Source: Patescibacteria group bacterium (GTDB lineage: Bacteria > Patescibacteriota > Patescibacteriia > UBA9934). From it: a stretch of 64,000 nucleotides of DNA. Below, one piece after another: positions 24,386 through 33,105 of this stretch; position 1 is the first letter of the stretch; every line of letters starts with the position of its first letter. The stretch covers positions 20,386 to 84,385 of the forward strand of contig JBAYHI010000005.1 of assembly GCA_041666205.1 (NCBI GenBank). The letters run 5' to 3'. A program made the translations under genes and the position numbers. Under the pieces are notes generated by a model. The model saw nothing but the letters and a program-made list of their open reading frames with translations, had not been told where the DNA came from and ran no database searches.

Positions 24386-26227
24386 TTATTTTTTCGTGGA
24401 GAGAATAATCGTCTCGCCTTCGGAAAGTCCGGACAAGATCTCAATGAGCCCGCCGTCTGCGCGAAGGCCAGTTGTCACGTCCACTTCTTTATACGAATCC
24501 CCTTCTGGAACACGCACGTATTTTGTTTTATCTGCACGCTCGAGGACGGCGCGTTGAGGGATATTCAGTACCCCGTTGTATTCTTCGGTCACGATTGTGA
24601 CGTCCGCGGAAAGGCCTGAACGCAAATCAAGACTATTCGCATCGTCGCCAAGCACAACGGTTACTTCATAATACACAACGCTCTCGAGATTTTTTTCAGA
24701 ATCTGAAATTTCGCTCACTGTCCCACCCACAACCGTACCACTGCCAAATGCATCAAAGGTAATGGACGCTAAATCGCCAACCGATACTTTTGTAATATCG
24801 GATTCTGAAATATCGACGACGATTTTAAAGCGATCTGTGGCTGATTGCAGTTCAACCGCTTTTGTACCAGCCATGATCTGCTCACCAATATCCCCAGAAA
24901 GATACGTGATTTTTCCGGTGATTGGGGCAATGATTTGCGATTTTTGGAGTCTTGCAAGCGAAGCGTCTACATCGGCTTGAGCACGATCGATATCTGCGTA
25001 GTATGGTTCCAGATCAACAAATCGTGGCTGTGCTTTCACTTGATTATAGGAGGCGGTCGCTGAGGCTAAATCTGCCTCACGAAGCGCTACAATCGCCTTG
25101 GCAGACGCCACACGCGTTTCTGCATCAAGTTGCGCGTTGAGATAGGCTTGTTCTGCTAAAAGCACGGCATATTCTGACGTATGTTCATTTGTTTGCGCTG
25201 CAAAATCGGCATTCACATACGCTTGTTTCTGACCAGCATATGCATTTGACGATGCCTCGAACGAATTACGAGCTGCATCGATGGACGCTTTAAGATTTGC
25301 AAGATCGGTTAAAGAAAAACCTGCGGCTTCGAGCGTTGTCGCGTCCAGTGCTTGTCGGGTATACAAAAGCGTCAATTCCACTTCTTGGAGCAAGGATTCA
25401 AACGCGGGTTCAAGCGCCTCGATGGTCTCGATGGAATCCGTTGCACTGAGTGCGTAGATTGAATCCTCGATCGCGTCGCGTCCGTCACGCGCCTCCACGA
25501 AGGACTCATTTGCGTTCTGAAGGGCCTGATCATCCATATTGGACAGAATCCCCTCAAACGCATCGTTTACGGTGGTGCTTTCAATACCAAGAATTGCGTC
25601 CGCTGAAGTCAATGCGGACCGAATCGCAGTCATGGCTGTTTTCATGGAGGTCACCAAGTTTTCGCGTGCGTTTACAAGTGCTGTATCTGTGGTAGACCCA
25701 GAATCCAGAGCATTCTGTCGTGCTTGATTGAGACGAATCGATGCATCGTCAAGCGCCGCGGACGTTGTAAGAATCGTGTTTGAATAATCCACCTTTGCCG
25801 ATGTAAGCGCCGCATTTGAGGAATTCACTTGCGCGAGCGATACGGCAAGCGCTTCGTTTGAGACTCCCGCAAGTTTTAGATTGAGCTGTGCGGTTGCAGC
25901 TCGCATGGCTTGCTCTGCACGGCGATAATCTGCTTCCAAATCCGGTGCTTTTAGCGCGGCAAGCAGTGTTCCTTGCGCCACAATATCGCCTTCTTCAACG
26001 TAGAACGTCTTCAATAGACCGCTTGATTCAAAAGAGAGGCTGAGGTTTTCCACGGATTGCAAACTTCCAGATGCCTCAACGGTTTGGACCAAATAACCGC
26101 GTTCAACGCGATCGGTTGTATAGGCCTCTGTTTTGCCGCCACTAAAGGCGAAAATTGACCCAATGATGAGCAGAATTCCGGCCACAGAGCCGATGAGAAT
26201 CCACTGCTTTTTTGTTGGCTTTTTCAT
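24386..26227 (-). CDS. HlyD/MacA-family periplasmic adaptor with very long coiled-coil
   Basis: N-terminal TM anchor, biotinyl/lipoyl-like hairpin (…FYVEEGDIVAQGTLLAALK…), ~350-aa Ala/Gln-rich coiled coil, C-terminal beta-barrel; same operon as ABC ATPase and permease. Confidence 0.75.
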   Translation of the reverse strand: MKKPTKKQWILIGSVAGILLIIGSIFAFSGGKTEAYTTDRVERGYLVQTVEASGSLQSVENLSLSFESSGLLKTFYVEEGDIVAQGTLLAALKAPDLEADYRRAEQAMRAATAQLNLKLAGVSNEALAVSLAQVNSSNAALTSAKVDYSNTILTTSAALDDASIRLNQARQNALDSGSTTDTALVNARENLVTSMKTAMTAIRSALTSADAILGIESTTVNDAFEGILSNMDDQALQNANESFVEARDGRDAIEDSIYALSATDSIETIEALEPAFESLLQEVELTLLYTRQALDATTLEAAGFSLTDLANLKASIDAARNSFEASSNAYAGQKQAYVNADFAAQTNEHTSEYAVLLAEQAYLNAQLDAETRVASAKAIVALREADLASATASYNQVKAQPRFVDLEPYYADIDRAQADVDASLARLQKSQIIAPITGKITYLSGDIGEQIMAGTKAVELQSATDRFKIVVDISESDITKVSVGDLASITFDAFGSGTVVGGTVSEISDSEKNLESVVYYEVTVVLGDDANSLDLRSGLSADVTIVTEEYNGVLNIPQRAVLERADKTKYVRVPEGDSYKEVDVTTGLRADGGLIEILSGLSEGETIILSTKK

Positions 26228-26342
26228 AATGAATACGAGATTTATTCAAGTTCTTTACCCTAGCGTAAATTGAGTATTCTGGCAAGACTATTTTGTGTTC
26301 AAGCTCAAATCGTCATTTTCATCGAAATGATTAAAAACTTTA

Positions 26343-26371
26343 TTGACGAAAACCTCACTTTTTGATATTCT
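26343..26371 (+). promoter_or_regulatory. sigma70-like promoter for the tRNA-Leu/tRNA-Met pair: TTGACG-N17-TATTCT
   Basis: -35 26343-26348, -10 26366-26371, ~18 nt upstream of tRNA-Leu. Confidence 0.4.
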
Positions 26372-26389
26372 CTTGGCCACATACCGCAC

Positions 26390-26476
26390 GCCGCGGTGGC
26401 GGAACTGGTATACGCGACGGACTCAAAATCCGTTGTCTGCAAAGGCTTGAGGGTTCGAGTCCCTCCCGCGGCACCA
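26390..26476 (+). tRNA. tRNA-Leu (anticodon CAA), long variable arm, CCA encoded
   Basis: gccgcgg...anticodon loop ctCAAaa...variable arm tctgcaaaggcttgag...T-arm gagggttcgagtccctc...ccgcggc-a-cca. Confidence 0.85.
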
Positions 26477-26487
26477 TCAAAAAACAT

Positions 26488-26564
26488 GGCTGGGTAGCTC
26501 AATTGGCTAGAGCGTGGGACTCATAAGCCCAAGGTTGTGGGTTCGATCCCCACCCCAGCTACCA
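26488..26564 (+). tRNA. tRNA with CAU anticodon (elongator Met or Ile2-lysidine), CCA encoded
   Basis: ggctggg...D-arm gctcaattggctagagc...anticodon loop ctCATaa...T-arm gtgggttcgatccccac...cccagct-a-cca; G1.U72 wobble; not initiator-like. Confidence 0.75.
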
Positions 26565-26635
26565 AAAAATCTTCTGTAAAAGGAGATTTTTTGTTTGCTA
26601 AGTCCGTTGTTTATGCTATAATCTTGCACGGTAAC

Positions 26636-27103
26636 GCTATGACGCTTACGACCCATACAGCCATAGGAGCGGTCATTGGATTTCACATTGGAAACCCTAT
26701 TTTGGGTTTTTTGATTGGATTTTGCTTCCACTTCTTAATGGACATTATCCCTCATGGCGACAGTAAAATATCTGATTCATATCGCATTCTCAAAAAGAAA
26801 CGCTGGCCCGTTGCCTATGCAACCGTTGATGGCGTGATTGCGCTCTATTTAATGCTCTTCATCCTGGGATTCAAGAGTCACTTTGATCAAACAATTGTCA
26901 CCGCATCCATTATTGGAAGCGTGCTCCCTGATCTCATCATTGGCCTCTACGAGCTCACAAAGAGTCGTTACCTCAAATGGTTTTTCAAACTTCACTTCTG
27001 GGTCCACGACATCCTTATTAAAAAATTCGGTGACATTGATCTTCCCTACGCTCTGGCGTATCAGGCAGTAATCATCATTGCAATTCTCCAAACGATCAAT
27101 TAA
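26636..27103 (+). CDS. hypothetical membrane protein, possibly YdjM/DUF457-like membrane-bound hydrolase
   Basis: MTLTTHTAIGAVIGFHIGNPILG... four hydrophobic segments with conserved His/Asp (HFLMDIIPHGD). Supplied longer ORF overlaps the tRNA, so start moved to 26636. Confidence 0.4.
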   Translation, partial: AMTLTTHTAIGAVIGFHIGNPILGFLIGFCFHFLMDIIPHGDSKISDSYRILKKKRWPVAYATVDGVIALYLMLFILGFKSHFDQTIVTASIIGSVLPDLIIGLYELTKSRYLKWFFKLHFWVHDILIKKFGDIDLPYALAYQAVIIIAILQTIN

Positions 27104-27143
27104 AAATAGACCCTCGCGGGTCTATTTTTTGTTTGCAGATTAA

Positions 27144-28121
27144 TTAGTTTGTCGGCCATGAGAATGTTTTGAATGCCCAGGAAATTAACCCCTTTGATTC
27201 AAGTACACGCGTATCTTTAGAATCCGAGCCCATCACGACCACGTAAATCTTGTGGTCATTCTTTGCGACTGCGGTTGCAAGCACATACCCCGCTTGTGGC
27301 AAATACCCGGTTTTCCCTGCGCGAACCGAAAAAGGATCTTCATTTACAAAACTCGTCAGGAGCTCATTGGTATTTTCAATGTCAACAGAATACCCGCTGG
27401 CCTGACGGACCGTTATCTTGGCAGTCTGCATCGCCTCAACAATTTCTGGTTCTTGCTCGGCAGCACGAAGCAGCGCCACTAAATCGTACGCTGTGGACGT
27501 ATTGCCTGCGTCAATTCCGCTTGGATCAACAAAAACAGAATTACTCATGCCGAGTTCTTTGGCTTTTGAATTCATGCGAATCACAAATGCTTCGTTTGAA
27601 AGCCCGGAGAGTCGCACCAGGGACTCCATTGCAGAATTATCCGATCCAATAAGACCTGCCTGCAATAGATCGTGGAGGACAATCGGGTCTTCAAATCTCA
27701 AATAAATGCGTCCGCCTTCTATCAAATCCGCATCCGTGAGCGTGACAGAAGCATTCAAATCAGGATTGGTTTCCAAAAATACTAAGGCGGTCATGAGTTT
27801 GGTCACGCTTCCAATCGATCGAATCGCGTATGGATGCTTGGCAACCATTATCATCCCACTATCCGCATCCTCAATAAGAACACTACGGGCCGTGGTGACA
27901 ACCCCAAACGATCCTGGATCGGTTTTTACCGGATAATTCACCATACTGCGCATTCCAGCGCGTGGAAGCGACGCTTGTTCATTTTCAAATTCAACGTAAG
28001 AAATCTTTGATGCTTCTTCCCCACCAACACCAGCGCGGTATTCCAATGCCGACAAATCGGTTGGTAGAAGCTGCCACAATCCTGCGGCCATAATAAATGA
28101 ACCCAATGCTTTCAAAATCAT
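27144..28121 (-). CDS. D-alanyl-D-alanine carboxypeptidase (serine-type, peptidase S11/PBP5-like)
   Basis: SxxK SIGSVTK, SxN SGSDN, KTG GKTGY; signal peptide. Confidence 0.8.
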   Translation of the reverse strand: MILKALGSFIMAAGLWQLLPTDLSALEYRAGVGGEEASKISYVEFENEQASLPRAGMRSMVNYPVKTDPGSFGVVTTARSVLIEDADSGMIMVAKHPYAIRSIGSVTKLMTALVFLETNPDLNASVTLTDADLIEGGRIYLRFEDPIVLHDLLQAGLIGSDNSAMESLVRLSGLSNEAFVIRMNSKAKELGMSNSVFVDPSGIDAGNTSTAYDLVALLRAAEQEPEIVEAMQTAKITVRQASGYSVDIENTNELLTSFVNEDPFSVRAGKTGYLPQAGYVLATAVAKNDHKIYVVVMGSDSKDTRVLESKGLISWAFKTFSWPTN

Positions 28122-28672
28122 ACGTCTTTTTGGAAGGCCGCTTCGAGCATTTCATTAATTTTTGCGTGTTTATGCAAAGATTCGTAATCTGGGAGCTCCG
28201 CAACAGAATGAATTCCCAAATGACGAAGCATCTCCGTTGACACCGTAAAATACGACTCAATTTTTCCTTCTTCCTCACGTTCGACAATGAGACCGCGCAT
28301 GAGCAAATTACGAATGATGAGTGAGCAATTCACGCCACGAATGTATTCGACTTCGTTTTTAGTAACCGGACCGCGATACGCAATAATCGTGAGCGTTTCG
28401 AGTTGTGGGCGCGTGAGTTCTGAAGCGGTTTCCTCTTTTGTCATCGATGAGATGACTTCTGCAAACGCAGGATTGGTTCCCAGTTCAACCGCACCTTCCC
28501 CAACAATCACGTGAATTCCGCTTGTTGGAACATTGCGATAATGCACAAGCTCCTCAATTGCCTCACGTGCCTCGAGTTCTTTAATCCCAAGAATACCGGC
28601 GAGTTTATGAAAAGAAACCGGCCGAGCCGATAAAAGAAGAAGCGCTTCGATTTTTGCCGCAATCTCGCTCAT
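28118..28672 (-). CDS. scpB: segregation and condensation protein B
   Basis: Tandem winged-helix ScpB pattern MSEIAAKIEALLLLSARPVSFHKLAGILG...LETLTIIAYRGPVTKNEVEYIRG. Confidence 0.85.
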   Translation of the reverse strand: MSEIAAKIEALLLLSARPVSFHKLAGILGIKELEAREAIEELVHYRNVPTSGIHVIVGEGAVELGTNPAFAEVISSMTKEETASELTRPQLETLTIIAYRGPVTKNEVEYIRGVNCSLIIRNLLMRGLIVEREEEGKIESYFTVSTEMLRHLGIHSVAELPDYESLHKHAKINEMLEAAFQKDV

Positions 28673-29370
28673 AGACGAACAATTTCGATGTCATTATCGC
28701 CTGTTTGACTTGCTTTGACAATACGCCGACGCATGAGTTCGAGTAGGGCCATGAAGCTCACCACCACCTCTGCTCTACTTTTCGCGCCGGCCATGACGTC
28801 GCGAAATCCCATTTTTGCACGCGAAGCGATTGCGCTCGTCATTTCACGCAAGCGTTCTTCAACACTTTTCACTCGCTCCATGGAGACTTCCCGAAGCGCA
28901 AAAAATGGTTGAAGACGTTTTAGAATCCAGGTGAACGCTTCGTGGATACTATTTGTGTTCACGTTCTGCGACGCGGAAAATTGAACTTCTTGCGTTGACT
29001 TCACAATGCGTGAGAATGGCTGACGGAACGAATGCAAGGGGCCAGAGTAAACCGCAGCCAACCGATCCGCAGCATCTGCGAATAACCGATAAACTCGGAG
29101 TTGTTCTTCGAGTGAAACCGCGTCTTCTTCTGCCTCGGCTTCAAGATACGGCAAAAGCGCTCGACTCTTAAGATAAATTAGGCGCGAGGCGATCAAAAGA
29201 AAGTCAGCAAGCTCGTCGGACGGGATTTCGTGGCTATTTAAATAGTCCAAATAGGCCTCTGTAATGCTTGCAAGCGCCACTTCCGTAATCTCTAGCTTTT
29301 TCTGCTCCAAGAGCTCTAAAAGAAGGCCCAGAGGCCCGGAGAATGCGCTTTGCTCAACGGTAAACGCCAT
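28669..29370 (-). CDS. scpA: segregation and condensation protein A
   Basis: GPLGLLLELLEQKKLEITEVALASITEAYLDYL; kleisin family; overlaps scpB by 4 nt. Confidence 0.8.
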   Translation of the reverse strand: MAFTVEQSAFSGPLGLLLELLEQKKLEITEVALASITEAYLDYLNSHEIPSDELADFLLIASRLIYLKSRALLPYLEAEAEEDAVSLEEQLRVYRLFADAADRLAAVYSGPLHSFRQPFSRIVKSTQEVQFSASQNVNTNSIHEAFTWILKRLQPFFALREVSMERVKSVEERLREMTSAIASRAKMGFRDVMAGAKSRAEVVVSFMALLELMRRRIVKASQTGDNDIEIVRL

Positions 29371-29405
29371 ACCGCCCTATTTTAGCACAATTGCAGGATT
29401 TACCA

Positions 29406-29434
29406 TTGACGAAAAGGCATTTTTGGGGTAAATT
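29406..29434 (+). promoter_or_regulatory. promoter TTGACG-N17-TAAATT for small membrane protein gene 1
   Basis: -35 29406-29411, -10 29429-29434; GGAGGA RBS at 29447-29452. Confidence 0.45.
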
Positions 29435-29455
29435 ATCGCGTCCCTTGGAGGAAGC

Positions 29456-29698
29456 TTGAGACGGAATCGCGTACACTTCACCGAATGGATCCGGGAGATT
29501 CTTTTCATCCCGGCCGTAATCCTCATCGTCCTCATTCCAGGAGTCGGACTCATGATCTTCACAGCACTCGTCGACGCGCTCGTTCAGGTGGCGCCCATCC
29601 TCTGGTGGGTCAGCGTCGCAACGCTCGCGGTGCTCATCGAGACACGCCTCATGCGCCAGAGGCGGGCCGAGCTCATCCGCCAGGTCGCGGAGAAGTAA
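29456..29698 (+). CDS. small membrane protein 1 (80 aa, 2 TM), GC-rich, TTG start
   Basis: MRRNRVHFTEWIREILFIPAVILIVLIPGVGLMIFTALVDALVQVAPILWWVSVATLAVLIETRLMRQRRAELIRQVAEK; own promoter, RBS and terminator. Confidence 0.45.
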   Translation: MRRNRVHFTEWIREILFIPAVILIVLIPGVGLMIFTALVDALVQVAPILWWVSVATLAVLIETRLMRQRRAELIRQVAEK

Positions 29699-29723
29699 CC
29701 CCCGCCACCCGCGCCCCTCCGAT

Positions 29724-29756
29724 CCCCCGGCCACGCCGTGGGGGTCGCTTCTTTTT
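29724..29756 (+). terminator. intrinsic terminator module T1: cccccggccacgccgtggggg hairpin + tcgcttcttttta
   Basis: GC stem then T-run; near-identical copy at 30057-30090. Confidence 0.5.
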
Positions 29757-29762
29757 ATACGG

Positions 29763-29791
29763 TTGACAAGACGCCTGCGGAACCGCAAAAT
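29763..29791 (+). promoter_or_regulatory. promoter TTGACA-N17-CAAAAT for small protein gene 2 (duplicated module)
   Basis: -35 29763-29768; GGAGG at 29813-29817, 5 nt before ATG 29823; the same TTGACAAGACG.C.GC.GAACCGCAAAAT box recurs at 30097-30125. Confidence 0.45.
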
Positions 29792-29822
29792 ATCAGCGCC
29801 TACAATGCTCGCGGAGGCCACC

Positions 29823-30035
29823 ATGGAATATTCCTGCCCGGCAGTTCCCGATTGTTTCGAAGACGACGAAGACACGGACGAAATTGAACGTGAAGAACAG
29901 CAGGAACACGAGCAGATTCTGCGACTCATGAGGGGCATCGTCCTCGTGCTGTTCGGTGTCTCTGGCGTCATCTTCCTCTTCTCGTTCCTCCTCATCGTTT
30001 TTGGCATCTCCCTCATCGTCATGGCGATCACGTGA
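29823..30035 (+). CDS. small protein 2 (70 aa): highly acidic N-terminus + single C-terminal TM
   Basis: MEYSCPAVPDCFEDDEDTDEIEREEQQEHEQILRLMRGIVLVLFGVSGVIFLFSFLLIVFGISLIVMAIT; start chosen by RBS rather than the TTG inside the -35 box. Confidence 0.45.
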   Translation: MEYSCPAVPDCFEDDEDTDEIEREEQQEHEQILRLMRGIVLVLFGVSGVIFLFSFLLIVFGISLIVMAIT

Positions 30036-30056
30036 TGACGAGCTGTCACCTCTCGA

Positions 30057-30090
30057 TCCCCCCGGCCACGCCGTGGGGGTCGCTTCATAT
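30057..30090 (+). terminator. terminator module T2 (ccccccggccacgccgtggggg + tcgcttcatatttgg), paralogue of T1
   Basis: Same hairpin as 29724-29745 with one extra C; weaker T-run. Confidence 0.4.
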
Positions 30091-30096
30091 TTGGCG

Positions 30097-30125
30097 ATTG
30101 ACAAGACGTCCGCAGAACCGCAAAA
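30097..30125 (+). promoter_or_regulatory. promoter TTGACA-N17-CAAAAT for small protein gene 3
   Basis: -35 30097-30102; GGAGG at 30136-30140, 5 nt before ATG 30146. Confidence 0.45.
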
Positions 30126-30145
30126 TGAGCGAACTGGAGGTTTCC

Positions 30146-30403
30146 ATGTCCATCAGCAAAGTGTGGTTGCGGCTCGTCCGCCCCGTTCTCTGCATCCCTG
30201 CCGGCATCATCGCACTGTTCCTCTTCGGAGTGATGTTCACCCGTACGGTCGATGCCTTCACCGCGGCCGAGTCTTTCCTCGACCACTACTCGGTCTTGTT
30301 CGAATTCTGCGCCCCGACGCTCTTGTTCTTCGTCGCAGGAAGCACAGCTCTTTTCCTTGCATTCGAAAACAAACCAGACGCGTCGAAGAACGCGCCCTCG
30401 TGA
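30146..30403 (+). CDS. small membrane protein 3 (85 aa, 2 TM)
   Basis: MSISKVWLRLVRPVLCIPAGIIALFLFGVMFTRTVDAFTAAESFLDHYSVLFEFCAPTLLFFVAGSTALFLAFENKPDASKNAPS. Confidence 0.45.
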   Translation: MSISKVWLRLVRPVLCIPAGIIALFLFGVMFTRTVDAFTAAESFLDHYSVLFEFCAPTLLFFVAGSTALFLAFENKPDASKNAPS

Positions 30404-30440
30404 CCCCGCTCCGCGCTCGCGTGGCGGGGTCAACGCATAT

Positions 30441-30499
30441 AAAAATCCGCCCTCTGAAGCTCACATTGAGCGCAGGAGGGCGGATTTTATTTTATTTTT
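30441..30499. terminator. bidirectional intrinsic terminator between small-protein cassette (+) and aspS (-)
   Basis: aaaaat-ccgccctc...gagggcgg-attttattttattttt; the T-run overlaps the last aspS codons. Confidence 0.55.
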
Positions 30500-31895
30500 C
30501 CAATTTGATATGTGCCTCTCGGAGTGCCGTATCTGGCAGTGGACTTGGAGCACCCATCATGTGGTCGCGCGCAACGCCATCTTTTGCAAATGGAATCACC
30601 TCGCGGATATTTGGCTCGTTTTGCAAGAGCGCAATCAAACGATCCATGCCGAGCGCCAATCCCCCGTGTGGAGGCGCACCAAATTCAAATGCACGAAGCA
30701 TGTGGCCAAATTGTTGTTCAATCATCTCCGGGCTCGTTTCCATAATCTCGAGGACTGCTCGAAGCGCTTCTGGCTTATGGTTTCGAATGCTTCCACCACC
30801 GATTTCAAATCCATTAAGAACAATATCGTATTGTGCAGCCTGGATTGACCCGACATCTTCTTTCTTCATGAGCTTATCCATATCAGCTGGCTTTGGAGCC
30901 GAGAATGGATTATGTGTGAAGGTCCAACGGCTCCCATCTTTTTCAAACATCGGGAAATCCACAACCCAAAGGAACGCTAATTCGTTTGGATCTTCTTTAT
31001 TGACGCGCAAATCTGGTTTGTCAGAGCCATATTTTTCCATCACCTCTTTATACGTGAGGCGTGGGAATGGCTTATTCTGAATATGCTTTTCCGGGTAGAG
31101 TTTTTCAACAATCTCGATAAGCAACGCCTCAACCGTTGAAATGACATCTTCTTCCTCAACAAAACTCATTTCCAAATCGAGTTGGGTAAATTCCGGCTGA
31201 CGGTCGCCACGCTGATCTTCATCGCGGAAGCAACGCGCAACTTGGAAGTAACGCTCAATCCCCGCAACCATAAGAAGTTGCTTGAATTGCTGTGGCGCTT
31301 GTGGAAGCACGTAAAATTGCCCTTCATGCAAACGCGATGGAATAATAAATTCGCGCGCACCTTCTGGAGTGCCCTTGGTAAGAATTGGAGTTTCTACTTC
31401 ACAAAAACTCTTTGATAAAAGATGTGTTCGCATGCTTTGCAAAACCGCATTGCGCATCCACACGTTTTTTGCCATGCGCTCGCTTCGCAAGTCGAGGTAA
31501 CGATATTTCAATCGCGTTTCCTCGTTGATAGGCATGGTGTCTTTATCGAGTTCAAATGGCGGTGTTTTTGCTTCGTTGTGAACCAAAATTTTCTTGGCCA
31601 AAAGTTCAACCGTGCCTGTGGCAAGCTTCTCATTGATTTGCTTGGCACTTCGGGCCTGTACAACCCCTTCAATTTCCACCACCCATTCCGGACGAATGGA
31701 TTGCGCAATTGCCGTCATTTCCTCGCCCAATTCGGCTGGAACACAAACGATTTGAAGCAAGGCGTCCTTATCGCGAAGATCAAAAAAGATGACTTTTCCC
31801 ATATCGCGACGGGCATGAATCCAGCCAGCCACGGTGACGGTTTCGCCAACCAAAGGGACAGTTTCGGTCGTAAAAATTCGTTTCATAATTGTCAT
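30492..31895 (-). CDS. aspS: aspartate--tRNA ligase (short, 467 aa; possibly non-discriminating type)
   Basis: N-terminal OB anticodon-binding domain (GETVTVAGWIHARRDMGKVIFFDLRD), class II motifs (FRDEDQRGDRQPEFTQLDLE, GGGSIR). Confidence 0.9.
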   Translation of the reverse strand: MTIMKRIFTTETVPLVGETVTVAGWIHARRDMGKVIFFDLRDKDALLQIVCVPAELGEEMTAIAQSIRPEWVVEIEGVVQARSAKQINEKLATGTVELLAKKILVHNEAKTPPFELDKDTMPINEETRLKYRYLDLRSERMAKNVWMRNAVLQSMRTHLLSKSFCEVETPILTKGTPEGAREFIIPSRLHEGQFYVLPQAPQQFKQLLMVAGIERYFQVARCFRDEDQRGDRQPEFTQLDLEMSFVEEEDVISTVEALLIEIVEKLYPEKHIQNKPFPRLTYKEVMEKYGSDKPDLRVNKEDPNELAFLWVVDFPMFEKDGSRWTFTHNPFSAPKPADMDKLMKKEDVGSIQAAQYDIVLNGFEIGGGSIRNHKPEALRAVLEIMETSPEMIEQQFGHMLRAFEFGAPPHGGLALGMDRLIALLQNEPNIREVIPFAKDGVARDHMMGAPSPLPDTALREAHIKLEK

Positions 31896-31907
31896 TATGG
31901 ACTTAGT

Positions 31908-32717
31908 CTACAAGGATTTGTTGCGAGAATCAAGCCATTCACTTGCCAAGAGTCCTTTCCAGAATGGCGTATCAATATAGGTGGGAATGTGGTGGAGCAC
32001 AAGATCGTGAATCATCAAGGACGATTCCTGCACAGTTTCCTTATCGCCACGATATTCCAAAATTTCTTGCCAAGACGCACGTTTCAGGAATCGCAAAAAC
32101 TCCAACGTTTCCCTACGAATCTCACGTGCAGCAAACCAATCTTGCGAATCGCTTGATTCACAATCCCCACACACCAACCCACCTCGAGCGCTATGCCAGC
32201 GATATCGCCTATCCCCAACATCTTTGCGACACGATAAACACGTGTCTAGCTCAACCTCGTATCCTAAACGCGAAAGTAATCGAAGCACAAACCCGGCCAA
32301 AAGCATGGTGCTTTGTGCAGATGTAAGTGGGGTGTCGTCATTCAGAAATGCCAACCAATCAATGAAAAATTGATACAGCGCCGGGTCATCTAGTCCTTCA
32401 CGCGTATACAGATCCAAAAGAATTCCCGAGGTTGAGGCAAGAATACGGCGCTCCAATTGATGATCAAGAGCAGAGAAGACATGTTTGCGCTCAACCGATA
32501 TCACGGTTGTTGACCGCCTGCCTCGCACAATTTCCAAATCCACCACGGCAAACGGTTCCAAGTGTGGAGCAAGTTTTGCCAAGACTTTTTGCGCGCCTCG
32601 GCCGGTAAATTCGATCTTACCAAAAACGGGCGTCAATGCCCGGTACCAGCGATCCGCTTCACGCATGGGGTGAAGCGCAATCACAATTGCTTCTGTTTTT
32701 TGCGTAGACCAACTCAC
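31908..32717 (-). CDS. recO: DNA repair protein RecO
   Basis: N-terminal OB fold, C-terminal zinc ribbon CLSCRKDV...CGDCE; 269 aa. Confidence 0.75.
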   Translation of the reverse strand: MSWSTQKTEAIVIALHPMREADRWYRALTPVFGKIEFTGRGAQKVLAKLAPHLEPFAVVDLEIVRGRRSTTVISVERKHVFSALDHQLERRILASTSGILLDLYTREGLDDPALYQFFIDWLAFLNDDTPLTSAQSTMLLAGFVLRLLSRLGYEVELDTCLSCRKDVGDRRYRWHSARGGLVCGDCESSDSQDWFAAREIRRETLEFLRFLKRASWQEILEYRGDKETVQESSLMIHDLVLHHIPTYIDTPFWKGLLASEWLDSRNKSL

Positions 32718-32720
32718 AGT

Positions 32721-33104
32721 CTACATCTCGCTAAAATACGATTGCAAAATAAGCATTGCGGCAAGCGCATCTTCGGGAGCGTCCGCGCCATATTCATGTT
32801 GCAGACGTCGACTTTCTGCTGACGTATAGCGCTCATCGCAGGTGCGAACGTCGTATCCAGATTTTTTCAATTCGTCGATAAACGCTTCGGTGAGTTTTTG
32901 CTGTTTTTCCCCGTGAAACTCCCCTGCCGAGAGTGGCAACCCCACAACCAAAACATCGACGCCATCGTCTTTCACAATCGACGCAATCTTTTTTTCCGCG
33001 CCTTCACGAGGAATCACCTCAAGCGGACTTGCGATTTTCGTTTCATCATCGCCAAGGGAAAGTCCAATTTTTTTGAGTCCAAAATCAACTCCTAAATATC
33101 GCAT
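32721..33104 (-). CDS. ruvX: Holliday-junction resolvase-like YqgF/RuvX
   Basis: MRYLGVDFGLKKIGLSLGDDETKIASPLEVI...VDVLVVGLPLS. Confidence 0.85.
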   Translation of the reverse strand: MRYLGVDFGLKKIGLSLGDDETKIASPLEVIPREGAEKKIASIVKDDGVDVLVVGLPLSAGEFHGEKQQKLTEAFIDELKKSGYDVRTCDERYTSAESRRLQHEYGADAPEDALAAMLILQSYFSEM

Positions 33105-33105
33105 A

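Noticed and set aside
26305-26731. Two small minus-strand ORFs (26305-26502, 26507-26731)
   Set aside because: They overlap tRNA-Leu and tRNA-Met genes; no coding signal.
29354-30433. 359-aa minus-strand ORF (and the 374-aa + ORF 29956-31080)
   Set aside because: Arg/Gly/Glu-rich low-complexity translations typical of spurious long frames in high-GC DNA. The + strand small genes have promoter/RBS/terminator structure, and aspS fully explains 30492-31895.
31422-32156. 244-aa + strand ORF
   Set aside because: Antisense to aspS/recO, which carry clear family motifs.
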